Part shown: positions 40,468 through 50,258 of the stretch, one piece after another
How positions within the stretch are numbered: the first letter of the stretch is position 1
How the letters are laid out: each line of letters starts with the position of its first letter
NCBI GenBank assembly: GCA_034439575.1
Contig: JAWXAQ010000033.1
Span: forward strand, 160,001-224,000
DNA length: 64,000 nt
Source: Leptospira sp.
Lineage (GTDB): Bacteria > Spirochaetota > Leptospiria > Leptospirales > Leptospiraceae
Direction of reading: 5' to 3'
Translations under genes and position numbers: made by a program
Notes under the pieces: generated by a model
What the model saw: the letters and a program-made list of their open reading frames with translations, nothing else
Database searches by the model: none
Told to the model about the DNA's origin: nothing

Positions 40468-41677
40468 AAATTATTTAAAATTAAAAGCAGGATATTTATT
40501 TCCTGAGATCGGTAGAAGAGTCAAAGCATATTCGGAAGCGCATCCAAATGAAAAAATCATTCGGCTAGGGATAGGGGATGTTACTCTTCCACTTGCACCA
40601 AGCATAGTAAATGCGATGGTTGATGCCGCCAAAGAAATGGGAAGTGCCAATGGATTCCATGGATATGGTCCCGAACAGGGATATAGTTTTTTAATCCAAA
40701 AAATCATAGAACACGATTATACCAAACGTGGTGTAAAAATTAGCGAAGATGAAGTTTTTGTTTCTGATGGATCAAAATGTGACTGTGGAAATATTCAGGA
40801 AATATTTTCGCTAGATAGTAAAATCGCAGTCGTAGATCCCGTTTATCCAGTGTATGTTGATACCAATGTGATGGCAGGACGTACTGGTGAAATTGATGCG
40901 AATGGTCGTTATGCCAATATCGTTTATATGCCAGCAACGGAATCAAATAACTTTGAACCAGATTTCCCTAAAGAAAAAGCAGATATCATTTACCTTTGTT
41001 ATCCGAATAATCCCACAGGAATGGTCGCTACCAAATCTCGCCTAACGGAATGGGTAAACTTTGCAAAAAAAAGTGGAAGTATCATCCTTTATGATTCTGC
41101 CTATGAGTCTTTTATCCAAGATCCAGAAATTCCAAAATCGATTTATGAAATCGAAGGCGCCAAAGAAGTGGCTATGGAATTTCGTTCCTTCTCTAAAACA
41201 GCGGGATTTACAGGAACAAGATGTGCCTATCTCGTGATCCCAAAAGAACTGAAAGGAAAAACTTCGAAAGGGGAAGAAGTGGCTTTTAATTCTCTATGGG
41301 CCAGACGTCATACGACCAAATTTAATGGTGTCTCCTATATCACACAAAAAGGGGCGGAAGCCGTATTTTCCGCACAAGGCCAAATCGAAATCAAAGAGCA
41401 GATTTCCTATTATATGCAAAATGCGAAACTCATCCGAGAAGGTTTAACAAAGGCAGGTTATGCTGTTTTTGGGGGAATGAATGCTCCCTACATTTGGTTA
41501 AAAACTTCGAATGGCTTAAAATCTTGGGAATTTTTTGATCATTTATTATCAAAAGCGCAAGTTGTCGGAACTCCTGGATCGGGTTTTGGACCAGCCGGAG
41601 AAGGATATTTTCGACTTTCTGCCTTCGGAAAGAGAGAAGATGTGATTTCTGCTCTAGAACGCATACAAAAATTGTAA
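40451..41677 (+). CDS. dapL: LL-diaminopimelate aminotransferase
   Basis: [54 protein letters not shown]. Confidence 0.96.
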   Translation: MTGINENYLKLKAGYLFPEIGRRVKAYSEAHPNEKIIRLGIGDVTLPLAPSIVNAMVDAAKEMGSANGFHGYGPEQGYSFLIQKIIEHDYTKRGVKISEDEVFVSDGSKCDCGNIQEIFSLDSKIAVVDPVYPVYVDTNVMAGRTGEIDANGRYANIVYMPATESNNFEPDFPKEKADIIYLCYPNNPTGMVATKSRLTEWVNFAKKSGSIILYDSAYESFIQDPEIPKSIYEIEGAKEVAMEFRSFSKTAGFTGTRCAYLVIPKELKGKTSKGEEVAFNSLWARRHTTKFNGVSYITQKGAEAVFSAQGQIEIKEQISYYMQNAKLIREGLTKAGYAVFGGMNAPYIWLKTSNGLKSWEFFDHLLSKAQVVGTPGSGFGPAGEGYFRLSAFGKREDVISALERIQKL

Positions 41678-41729
41678 AAATTGAGCAAGGTTTTCCTGAT
41701 AGCTCCGATATATATTACAAGGTAGAGCT

Positions 41730-42716
41730 ATGGGAAAATGGAAATACATCCTCTTTACGGTACTTGCGGGATTGCATATCTCGCATTTAAGTGCTGTGTC
41801 CCCCGAACAAACGAATTTGGGGATATTGATCTTCGAGAACAAGGAAAACATCAATTTCATTAACGTGTGTTTGAGTAACCTTGCCCCTCCACAAGAAGAA
41901 GCGCAAGGCAAACCACAACCAGGTGCGCCCGCAACTGAACCTGCGAAAAAAAATATTGATCATGATTACTTCAAATTATTGAAGGAAGCAAATCAATCTG
42001 ACTTTAGCGGAAACATGTGGTATTTACAGAGTAATTACACTTATTCATTTCGTCAGCTACGACGTGCGCAAGGTGAATTGAAAAATATTTTTGAAGTAGT
42101 GATTCAAAAATACATTGAAGATGCAAGATCTTTGTTAGAATCTGCGGCACCAACTATTATTCGTTCTAATGATAGTCAATCCAAAGCATTACTTAGGTTA
42201 GGCTTCCGTGACCTACGTTCTTCTGAAGACTTATATACTACGGGACTCAATTCAAGTCCGCACCAGTTTCGATATAAGCTGAAATTGTATCAAGAAGGCA
42301 TCTTAACACTTCGCCGTGCAAAACGTTTTGCGATCCTTGCTATGATCTATAGCAAAACTCCGGATGAAGACAAAGCAGAATACCAATATAGATCGAACGA
42401 AGACTTAAAAGAAGCTCGTGCCGAAGAAAAACAAAGAAATTACGAAAAGGTTCGTGATACTTTGATTAACTTTATCGAGAACAAAAGAATGGAACGTACA
42501 GTACAACCTCCGGGCAATCCTGATGCAAAACCATTGGATCTTTTGGAACAACACGATGACAATTACGGATTTATCACCGCCAAACGTCTCGACCTTTTAT
42601 TAGAAGCGAATGCACAGATAAAAGAAACAGAAGGCGCCAAACGCGAATCAGTCCCTGCTGTTCCCGTTATCGATGATCAAGGCAAAGCTTCCTACCCAGA
42701 AGCTCCTAAAAAATAA
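41730..42716 (+). CDS. Exported helical protein, possibly leptospiral OmpL37-family
   Basis: Signal peptide followed by AVSPEQTN; family assignment from recollection only. Confidence 0.5.
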   Translation: MGKWKYILFTVLAGLHISHLSAVSPEQTNLGILIFENKENINFINVCLSNLAPPQEEAQGKPQPGAPATEPAKKNIDHDYFKLLKEANQSDFSGNMWYLQSNYTYSFRQLRRAQGELKNIFEVVIQKYIEDARSLLESAAPTIIRSNDSQSKALLRLGFRDLRSSEDLYTTGLNSSPHQFRYKLKLYQEGILTLRRAKRFAILAMIYSKTPDEDKAEYQYRSNEDLKEARAEEKQRNYEKVRDTLINFIENKRMERTVQPPGNPDAKPLDLLEQHDDNYGFITAKRLDLLLEANAQIKETEGAKRESVPAVPVIDDQGKASYPEAPKK

Positions 42717-42717
42717 T

Positions 42718-43356
42718 ATGAAAATCATAGCCTACCTACTTTTTTTTAGTGTTGTTTTCTCATTGGTAGCCAAGAGCACTCTTTCCTACCGTGAGAGAAA
42801 AAAACAATTTGATCAGAAAATTACCCTTCTCTTTGACATCCGCGAAAATCTTTCCTTAGAAGAAGAAGCAGGCAAAAATCCATTGGGTGCGGTCAAACAA
42901 AACGTGGAAGAAGCTTACCGCGCAGGTGCTCGTGCTGAAATGGAAAAAAGTCTGACACTTGCTGAAGGGGAAGTTGTTTATGTAGCACGTAAACTATGTT
43001 CCAAATTAGAAGATATTTCCGCTGACCTTTACCAGAAGTCTCAATCTAGTTTTTATTTTGTGGAAACGGAAGAAAAAAACAGCGGCAAAAAAATGGAGTG
43101 GGATACAAGGGAAAAAATTATTCGTTACCTTGGTATGGCCAAAGTAGAGAAGGATCATGCCAAAGAATTTTTCCTATCTGGCAATTATCATATGTCCCTT
43201 CATACGTACAAAAGATCCATTGTTTACTCTTTACTTTCATTAAGAGCGCAAGGAGTGGAGACACCAGAAGGATATGCTAATGCTGCCAATTCTTGGTCAG
43301 AACCTGTATGGCAGTCCATAAATAAACAAAAGCTAGGAACCATCCAAACAAATTAA
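42718..43356 (+). CDS. Exported helical hypothetical protein
   Basis: ATG 42718 directly after upstream stop; signal peptide MKIIAYLLFFSVVFSLVA. Confidence 0.7.
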   Translation: MKIIAYLLFFSVVFSLVAKSTLSYRERKKQFDQKITLLFDIRENLSLEEEAGKNPLGAVKQNVEEAYRAGARAEMEKSLTLAEGEVVYVARKLCSKLEDISADLYQKSQSSFYFVETEEKNSGKKMEWDTREKIIRYLGMAKVEKDHAKEFFLSGNYHMSLHTYKRSIVYSLLSLRAQGVETPEGYANAANSWSEPVWQSINKQKLGTIQTN

Positions 43357-43377
43357 AATTTACACTTTAGAGATTTT

Positions 43378-44577
43378 TTGCAAAATGACTCGAAAGTGAA
43401 AATCGAGATTCTCTACAAACACTTCTTACTAACTAAGGCGAGCCATTTGCCGGTGGTTGATGCAGAGGGAAATCTTATAGGACTTCTCTCTAAAGACCGC
43501 GTATTGCGTGAGTTAGCTGACCTAGGCGAAGAGAGAACAGAATATAAAACCATTCCCATTACCCTATTAGATAAAGAATTGAGTGAAGGTTTGATCAACT
43601 TTTTTAGAGATTCAAATAAACTTCCCGTACTTGGGGACAATGGAGAAAGAAAAGAATTTTGGGATAAACCAAGATTTCTTGCCGAATTTCACAAGTTAGA
43701 TGCTACACAAAAAACTGATCCGAAACTTGTTTCCCTACAAGAAAAAAAAGAAAGAGTAAGGGACACCAAAGAATCCATACATTGGTTTATGGAAATGATT
43801 CTCGCAAATTTCCCAGATGGACTTGTGGCAACGGATGTAGCAGGAAATGTTATTTTTTATAACGAAGCATTTGAAAAAAAGTTTTTGCCTCTTCCCTTTT
43901 TTAAAGATTCCATTGAAACAGCTGAAGGTTATTTAAAGGATCTGAATCGAGATTTATTTGGCTCATATTTGCGTGAAAATGATTTAGAAATTGAATCTAA
44001 GGGACATTCATTACACAAATTACAAACACTAGTTAAAGAAGTGGATGCATTTGTAAAAATGATCACTCTTCGAAAAGAAGAGAAGGTCGCTGGATTCCTC
44101 TACCAATTTTCTCCCTTAACTTCAAACCTAGATACGATCTCAAATAAAGGTACTGTGTTTCCAGATTTGGATATGGCCCTAGCAGCTAAATTCCCCTTGG
44201 AACGAGTGTTAGAAGAGATGGAGTCTCGTTATATTTATGAGACATTAAAGCGAAATAAAAATAATATATCTCATGCGGCACAAGAATTGGAAATTCCAAG
44301 GACCACTCTCCAAAACCGCATTAAGTTTTTAAATATCACGGAGCGGTTCAAAGAAGAAGAACAGGGGAAGAAAAAAATGGTCGTCCCTCGCAAACGAACT
44401 AACGCTCAAATAAGCCTTCCAAAGAAAGAATCTAAAAAAGATTCTAGTTATCCATCTCCGAAAAAGAAAACGATTCCAACCAAAAAGAAAGCTAAGCTTG
44501 CAAAGAAGCAAATCATCAAAAAAACAATTGCGAAAAAGAAAATGAAAACTGTGAAAAATAGTAAAAAAAGACGTTGA
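43378..44577 (+). CDS. CBS + PAS + Fis-type HTH regulator with Lys-rich tail
   Basis: LPVVD.EG.LIGLLS..DR (CBS); ILANFPDGLVATD..G.VIFYN (PAS); NISHAAQELEIPRTTLQNRIK (HTH_8). Confidence 0.8.
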   Translation: MQNDSKVKIEILYKHFLLTKASHLPVVDAEGNLIGLLSKDRVLRELADLGEERTEYKTIPITLLDKELSEGLINFFRDSNKLPVLGDNGERKEFWDKPRFLAEFHKLDATQKTDPKLVSLQEKKERVRDTKESIHWFMEMILANFPDGLVATDVAGNVIFYNEAFEKKFLPLPFFKDSIETAEGYLKDLNRDLFGSYLRENDLEIESKGHSLHKLQTLVKEVDAFVKMITLRKEEKVAGFLYQFSPLTSNLDTISNKGTVFPDLDMALAAKFPLERVLEEMESRYIYETLKRNKNNISHAAQELEIPRTTLQNRIKFLNITERFKEEEQGKKKMVVPRKRTNAQISLPKKESKKDSSYPSPKKKTIPTKKKAKLAKKQIIKKTIAKKKMKTVKNSKKRR

Positions 44578-44712
44578 CGGATTTCCTGAGAGAGTCACCT
44601 TTTCCCTACCATTTAGGTAAATTTCTACCGCACCCCGTAGTTTCCGCTGACATTCCAGTCATAAATGGTTTCCCAATTCTAAATTCAAAATTTAAACCTA
44701 TGTAAAATTTCT

Positions 44713-46116
44713 ATGGCATCACGCAAACAAGAAGAACTACAATTTACAAATCCCGAAGAACAACCTGAATATTCAAATGGCATCATGGACCAAGAAGAAG
44801 GTTCTGAACCCCCAAAAAACTTCAAAAAGAAACGCGGTCGTTATGAAGGTCCGATTCCTCCCTCCCTCGATTTAGTCGAGTTAAAGAAGAAAAATATCAA
44901 TGAACTCGCCGATCTTGCAAAAGGTCTAGGTGTAGAAAATACTCACGGTCTCAAAAAACAAAATCTTATGTTCGCCCTCTTACAGGCGCAAACGGAAAAA
45001 GATGGCCAAGTTCATGCCGCAGGTGTTATGGAAAAATTACCAGACGGTTATGGTTTCCTTCGCTCACCTGATTACAATTATGTGCCAGGTCCAGATGATA
45101 TTTATGTTTCTCCATCTCAAATCAAACTCTTTGGCCTTAGAACTGGTGATACAGTTGAAGGACTGATTCGCCCACCTAAGGAAGCAGAAAGATTTTTCGC
45201 GATGTTACGCGTTGAGTCTATCAATGGTTATCCTGTAGAAGTGGCTCAAAAAAGAAATTTATTTGATAACTTAACACCCCTTTATCCAGACGAAAAGATC
45301 AATATGGAATTTGACCCGAGTCATTTAGACACGCGAGTCATTGACCTTATGTGTCCTATTGGTAAAGGACAAAGAGCTCTTATCGTTGCACCACCTAGGA
45401 CTGGTAAAACTGTCCTTATGCAGTCCATTGCGAATGCTATAACAAGAAACCATCCTGAGATTTTTCTTATCGTTCTACTGATTGATGAACGTCCAGAAGA
45501 AGTAACAGATATGGCTCGTCATGTGAAAGGTGAAGTTGTCAGTTCTACCTTTGATGAACCAGCCCAAAGGCACGTGCAAGTAGCCGAAATGGTAATTGAA
45601 AAGGCAAAACGTCTCGTAGAACACGGAAGAGACGTAGTAATTTTACTCGACTCTATCACGCGTTTGGCGAGAGCATACAACCAAGTCGTTCCGACATCAG
45701 GAAAGATCCTTTCTGGTGGTGTTGACTCAAATGCTCTCCACAAACCAAAACGATTTTTTGGTGCCGCAAGGAATATCGAAGAAGGCGGATCTCTCACAAT
45801 TATTGCCACAGCTTTGATCGATACCGGTTCCAGAATGGACGAAGTTATTTTTGAAGAGTTTAAGGGAACTGGTAATATGGAAATCCATTTGGACAGAAAA
45901 CTTGCTGACAAACGAATTTTCCCTGCCATAGACATCAATCGCTCTGGAACGAGGAAGGAAGAGTTACTCCTTCCGCAAGACGTGCTCACCCGTGTCTTTA
46001 TCCTTCGAAAAGTACTTTCTCCTATGAGTATCACAGAAAGTATGGAACTATTAATCGAAAAGATGAGAACCGCCAAAACGAATGACACATTCCTGGCGAG
46101 TATGAATACAAACTAA
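44713..46116 (+). CDS. rho: Transcription termination factor Rho
   Basis: [50 protein letters not shown]. Confidence 0.99.
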   Translation: MASRKQEELQFTNPEEQPEYSNGIMDQEEGSEPPKNFKKKRGRYEGPIPPSLDLVELKKKNINELADLAKGLGVENTHGLKKQNLMFALLQAQTEKDGQVHAAGVMEKLPDGYGFLRSPDYNYVPGPDDIYVSPSQIKLFGLRTGDTVEGLIRPPKEAERFFAMLRVESINGYPVEVAQKRNLFDNLTPLYPDEKINMEFDPSHLDTRVIDLMCPIGKGQRALIVAPPRTGKTVLMQSIANAITRNHPEIFLIVLLIDERPEEVTDMARHVKGEVVSSTFDEPAQRHVQVAEMVIEKAKRLVEHGRDVVILLDSITRLARAYNQVVPTSGKILSGGVDSNALHKPKRFFGAARNIEEGGSLTIIATALIDTGSRMDEVIFEEFKGTGNMEIHLDRKLADKRIFPAIDINRSGTRKEELLLPQDVLTRVFILRKVLSPMSITESMELLIEKMRTAKTNDTFLASMNTN

Positions 46117-46127
46117 GAAGGGCCACC

Positions 46128-46328
46128 ATGAAAACTGACATCCATCCAAAATACGTAGCAGCAAAAATCAAATGTGCATGTGGCAATGTGATAGAAACTA
46201 GATCTTATGCTGGCGATATGAGCGTTGAGATTTGTTCAAATTGCCATCCTTTCTTTACAGGAAAATCAAAACTGCTAGATACTACTGGCCGTGTAGATAA
46301 ATTTAAGAAAAAATACAAGATGAAATAG
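46128..46328 (+). CDS. rpmE: 50S ribosomal protein L31 (Zn-binding C+ type)
   Basis: [29 protein letters not shown]. Confidence 0.97.
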   Translation: MKTDIHPKYVAAKIKCACGNVIETRSYAGDMSVEICSNCHPFFTGKSKLLDTTGRVDKFKKKYKMK

Positions 46329-46384
46329 GCTTCAAAACCTTTTATTATCAGTCTAAGATTTGATCGTTTTCTAGGAGAATTCCA

Positions 46385-47179
46385 ATGGCAGTGATGGACT
46401 TTAATCGATATAAGGAAATCAACGACCAAAGGTTGAACTACAAAGAAATGGAGGATGCGAATGTCGTGTCCTATTACCGCAACACAGGTTGCGGTGACGG
46501 TTATCGCATTTATTTAAAAGTCGATGATGCTGGCCTCGTCAATGATGCCAGTTATACTACGACTGGTTGTGGTTTTGGTATTGTTGCTCTTGCCATGGCC
46601 ACCGAATATGCGAAAGGTCGCATGATGAGTGAGCTAAAGACTCTCACTCCAGAAATCCTCGAAACCTTATTTGAATTTCCTGAGCGTAGAAAAAATTACC
46701 CTGAATCAGCTTGTGCAGCTTTAAAAAAAGCAGTAGAAGATTGGGAAAAGGGTGGTGGTGTTCCTGCGGAAAAACGCATCACCAAAGCTCGAACCATGGA
46801 CTTATTACAAACCCAAGGACACTTGAAGGATTCGGATCTATCAAGCGTTATGTTAGAAAAAGAAAACTTCAACGGTGTGGATTTTTCGAACTCAAAATTG
46901 AATAATGCGTTTTTGCAAAACTCCAGTTTTGTGGGAGCCAATTTTTCAAATGCCAATTTACGTGCTTCCTTCTTTAACGGTGCCGATCTAAGAAACGCTA
47001 ATTTTCGTGGAGCTGATCTTCGTTTTGCCAAATTGGCTGGAGCAAATATCGAAGGTGCTGACTTTACGGATGCCCTGTATGATATTGGAACTCGAGTTGA
47101 TCAAAAACAAATGTATATCTTTGACACGATGATCAAAGCAGGCAAGGATTTGTATCTGACTGATGAGGAAGAAGCTTAA
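46385..47179 (+). CDS. IscU/NifU-N-like scaffold domain fused to pentapeptide repeats
   Basis: NTGCGD, TTGCG, then A(D/N)LxX-type repeats (FVGAN FSNAN LRASF FNGAD LRNAN FRGAD). Confidence 0.85.
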   Translation: MAVMDFNRYKEINDQRLNYKEMEDANVVSYYRNTGCGDGYRIYLKVDDAGLVNDASYTTTGCGFGIVALAMATEYAKGRMMSELKTLTPEILETLFEFPERRKNYPESACAALKKAVEDWEKGGGVPAEKRITKARTMDLLQTQGHLKDSDLSSVMLEKENFNGVDFSNSKLNNAFLQNSSFVGANFSNANLRASFFNGADLRNANFRGADLRFAKLAGANIEGADFTDALYDIGTRVDQKQMYIFDTMIKAGKDLYLTDEEEA

Positions 47180-47370
47180 TGCAAATTGGTGACAAAGTCA
47201 AAATCACCAAACGAACCTTTCTTTACCAAGGCATTTTTATCTTCACTGGTGCCGTTGTTGAAATCAAATCATTAGATGAATCAAACCAAACTGCGATTGT
47301 ATTGTACAATGATAAAGAAGGGCATCCTCACGATTTACAATTGGAATTGTCTGATTTAGCTCCACTTTGA
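47179..47370 (+). CDS. Small hypothetical protein (SH3/KOW-like beta barrel?)
   Basis: TAATG coupling to upstream gene; MQIGDKVKI pattern. Confidence 0.65.
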   Translation: MQIGDKVKITKRTFLYQGIFIFTGAVVEIKSLDESNQTAIVLYNDKEGHPHDLQLELSDLAPL

Positions 47371-47389
47371 ATTCGAAGCTCCGAATTTC

Positions 47390-47417
47390 TTGACACAAAT
47401 TTCGCTTTATATAACCT
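47390..47417 (+). promoter_or_regulatory. Sigma70-type promoter
   Basis: TTGACA-N16-TAACCT upstream of the STAS gene. Confidence 0.45.
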
Positions 47418-47448
47418 ATTGCTAGCGGATAACAGATTCGAATTTTAG

Positions 47449-47808
47449 ATGCTCATTCAGACTCACTCTCAAGAAAACCACTTACTTTTTTCCATCCAAC
47501 GAGATATCCTTATGGAAAATTCTAGAGAGTTTTACCAAGAATTTGAAAAATCAATGGAAGGAAAAACATTCGGAAAAATTACACTTAATTTTGGTTCCGT
47601 AAAATTTTTGGATTCTTCTGGAATTGGTGCAGTCATCAAAGCTTCGTCAGCTCTTCACAACAAAGGCATAGAAATTTTTGTTACAAACTTAAATAAAAAT
47701 TTGAACTCTGTATTTCGCTTATCCGGTTTAAATCATATTCTATCTATTTTAACATTGGATGAATATCTTTCCAAGTTCCCTGAATTTAAAAAGGCTTTGG
47801 AGCCATAA
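47449..47808 (+). CDS. STAS-domain anti-sigma factor antagonist
   Basis: V.FLDSSGIG phosphoserine motif, VFRLSGL. Confidence 0.88.
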   Translation: MLIQTHSQENHLLFSIQRDILMENSREFYQEFEKSMEGKTFGKITLNFGSVKFLDSSGIGAVIKASSALHNKGIEIFVTNLNKNLNSVFRLSGLNHILSILTLDEYLSKFPEFKKALEP

Positions 47809-47809
47809 A

Positions 47810-48577
47810 ATGAAATCAGTATTTTCTATTTTTTCGGTCATCATCTTTTGTCTTCTAACTTTGGTAAGTTGTGCAAGTGGTACAAAGTCACGAGAGCTCT
47901 TATACAATAACAACGACTTTGCGGTTTACAGCGTCAAACGTGAAAATCTTTCTCTAAAATCAGAAACTAGAGTTCCAAAAACTTTTGCCCATCCTGTTCA
48001 AATTTCCGAACAAAAAATTTTAGATCTACTTGGTAATTTAAAATTTAGAAGAGAAAGTTCTTATGGTAATATAAACTTATTTGCATTTGAAGAAGAAGAG
48101 ATAAAAGATTTTGCTCCAGATCTTTCCGATGCATTACAAAAAATAAAAACGGGAGAACTTCTTCTCGTTATTTCAAAATTCAATCCATTGAAATCAGTTG
48201 TTTCTCATTATGTGCGCACAAGTTTTTATATGTGGTCCACTGATAAAACTATAGAAATCGTTTTTGGGGAAATCCAAAAAGAAATCGAATTTGATGAGCA
48301 GGGAAATTATTACGACTGGTCACGTATTCCAGAAATATCTTTTGATAACACTGCGGATGCCTATTCGGTGATCCCAAATTCAGCCTATGCTTATAAACAA
48401 GTAGAAGGTTTTAAAAATAAACGATGGTTAGTTTTTAATAAATCTGAAATTGAAAATATAAAATTTGAGAAAAGAAAATCAAAAGTGAAAGAAGTATCAA
48501 AAACGATAGAATCAGATATGTCCACTCCTGAAAAGAGAGTGGATAGAGACGAAGAAGACGCTATTATTCAAGATTAA
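47810..48577 (+). CDS. Lipoprotein of unknown function
   Basis: MKSVF...LTLVSC lipobox; ATG at 47810. Confidence 0.75.
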   Translation: MKSVFSIFSVIIFCLLTLVSCASGTKSRELLYNNNDFAVYSVKRENLSLKSETRVPKTFAHPVQISEQKILDLLGNLKFRRESSYGNINLFAFEEEEIKDFAPDLSDALQKIKTGELLLVISKFNPLKSVVSHYVRTSFYMWSTDKTIEIVFGEIQKEIEFDEQGNYYDWSRIPEISFDNTADAYSVIPNSAYAYKQVEGFKNKRWLVFNKSEIENIKFEKRKSKVKEVSKTIESDMSTPEKRVDRDEEDAIIQD

Positions 48578-48584
48578 TAAAATC

Positions 48585-50255
48585 TTATCTAGCATTTGAA
48601 GGAATGGTTCTTTCTGTTTGAATGCTTCCGTCTTGACCCAATTGCAATATTGTTTTTCCGAGCACTGAATTTAGTGGTGCTCTATAAATTCTTCCCGCTC
48701 CGAAACTGACTTCAACTCCTGGAAAAATTTCTCTTTGCACTTCAACATAAGCGGTTTTGCTCGGTTCATAGGATCCAAGTGCAGTCTCAAATTGTTTTTG
48801 TTGAGTTTCAAGTAAGTTCGAATATTTTTCATTGGCTTCTTTTAATTTAGAAATCATTTCTTTTTCATCTTCTTTCAATTCTCTCTTCTGAGATTGTTCT
48901 AGTAACTTTTGTAAGGTGAGTTGAACCTTTCTAAGTGTTGATTCCTTTTCTGTAATTTCATAGCGCATACGATTGAGTTCTTCTAATAAATCAGGGGGAG
49001 TTCCAATGGCGATTTTGGTTTTAGTTTCTACTACGGCACCTAACTTTTGGCATGCTATAAAGTTTCCAGCGATAATTGTGCCTCCTATGATTTCACCTCG
49101 ACCACCCGCCGCCTGGATAAAATCTTTCGCAGAAAGTTCAGAATGCATTGAGGCCTCTTCGATAAAAATGCTTCCGCCGGCGGTGAGTTTGCCTTGTTCT
49201 ACGAACTTTACGTAGATATTGCCCTCGGATTCGATAAAACCTTCCCCACGTCCCATAAACCCACCAGAGATCACGATATCACCTTTAGCTTTTAAGAAGG
49301 CTTTGCCGACGGAACTATTGATGATGATACTTCCATTCGTATTTAATGAAAAACCATCACCTATTTTTTGTTCGACGATAATAGTTCCAGGAAAATCAAC
49401 ATTTCCGGTCGAATAATCCACTGCTTCGAGATTGATTACTTCATCGACACGTATTTCCCCATTCCTTTCAAGCACAGGTCGCCCAGCAATTTTGGAATAA
49501 AGTTTCCCATCTCTTTCTTCAACGTTATTTCCTATGATCCAGTATGCTTCTCTTTCTGATTGGCAAGGTATAATTTCAGAAGTCACAGTTTTTCCTTGCT
49601 GACCAGCCTTAGGTGGAATTTTCTCTGCAAGTAATACGTCTGGTTTAACAGATTGAATCATCGAGATATTTTTATAATCCATTCTACCGTGTTCATCTTC
49701 TTCCAAATGAGGTTTGTTATCTGATCGAAAATACAGTTTAATTTCGCCATCCCGACCGGGAATGGCAGGAAAACCTTTGGCAAAAAGTATGGGTGATAAA
49801 AAAACAGGTTCCCTTATGATAGAAATGACAATAGGATCAAGGATACCCACACTAACACCCACACTTGCAAATTGTTCGCGAAGTTGATGTTCTGTGAGTA
49901 AAGCACCACCATGTTTTGGAGGATGGAGAATTAAAGTCGCTGACATATGATCTTCGGCAATATGAATATCGACGTAAGATTCTTCTGGTGTACCCTTTGA
50001 CCAATGCCCAATTTCAATTTCTCGACCATCAGCGATAGCAATGATTTTTTTGATTTGTTCCGGGTCGTAATTCTCTACACCAAATAATTTGATTCTTGAA
50101 ATGACATCTTTGATATCAACTTTTTTGCCCTTGGCACCTGCTTTTGTTACACGGAGAAAGGCCTTACCAACTTTATTTTCAATTTGGAAAAAACCATTTT
50201 CATTGTTTTCAAGGTCTTGTAAGATTCTATCAGTGTATGATTCTGGATTTGCCAT
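48585..50255 (-). CDS. FapA/DUF342 family protein
   Basis: G.PAIPGRDG, GRMDYKN, VDYSTGNVDFPG beta-helix, coiled coil, IFPGV. Confidence 0.85.
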   Translation of the reverse strand: MANPESYTDRILQDLENNENGFFQIENKVGKAFLRVTKAGAKGKKVDIKDVISRIKLFGVENYDPEQIKKIIAIADGREIEIGHWSKGTPEESYVDIHIAEDHMSATLILHPPKHGGALLTEHQLREQFASVGVSVGILDPIVISIIREPVFLSPILFAKGFPAIPGRDGEIKLYFRSDNKPHLEEDEHGRMDYKNISMIQSVKPDVLLAEKIPPKAGQQGKTVTSEIIPCQSEREAYWIIGNNVEERDGKLYSKIAGRPVLERNGEIRVDEVINLEAVDYSTGNVDFPGTIIVEQKIGDGFSLNTNGSIIINSSVGKAFLKAKGDIVISGGFMGRGEGFIESEGNIYVKFVEQGKLTAGGSIFIEEASMHSELSAKDFIQAAGGRGEIIGGTIIAGNFIACQKLGAVVETKTKIAIGTPPDLLEELNRMRYEITEKESTLRKVQLTLQKLLEQSQKRELKEDEKEMISKLKEANEKYSNLLETQQKQFETALGSYEPSKTAYVEVQREIFPGVEVSFGAGRIYRAPLNSVLGKTILQLGQDGSIQTERTIPSNAR

Positions 50256-50258
50256 AGT

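Noticed and set aside
45519-46088. 189-aa minus-strand ORF
   Set aside because: Antisense shadow of rho
46860-47070. 15-nt periodicity as a DNA repeat
   Set aside because: Explained by pentapeptide-repeat coding
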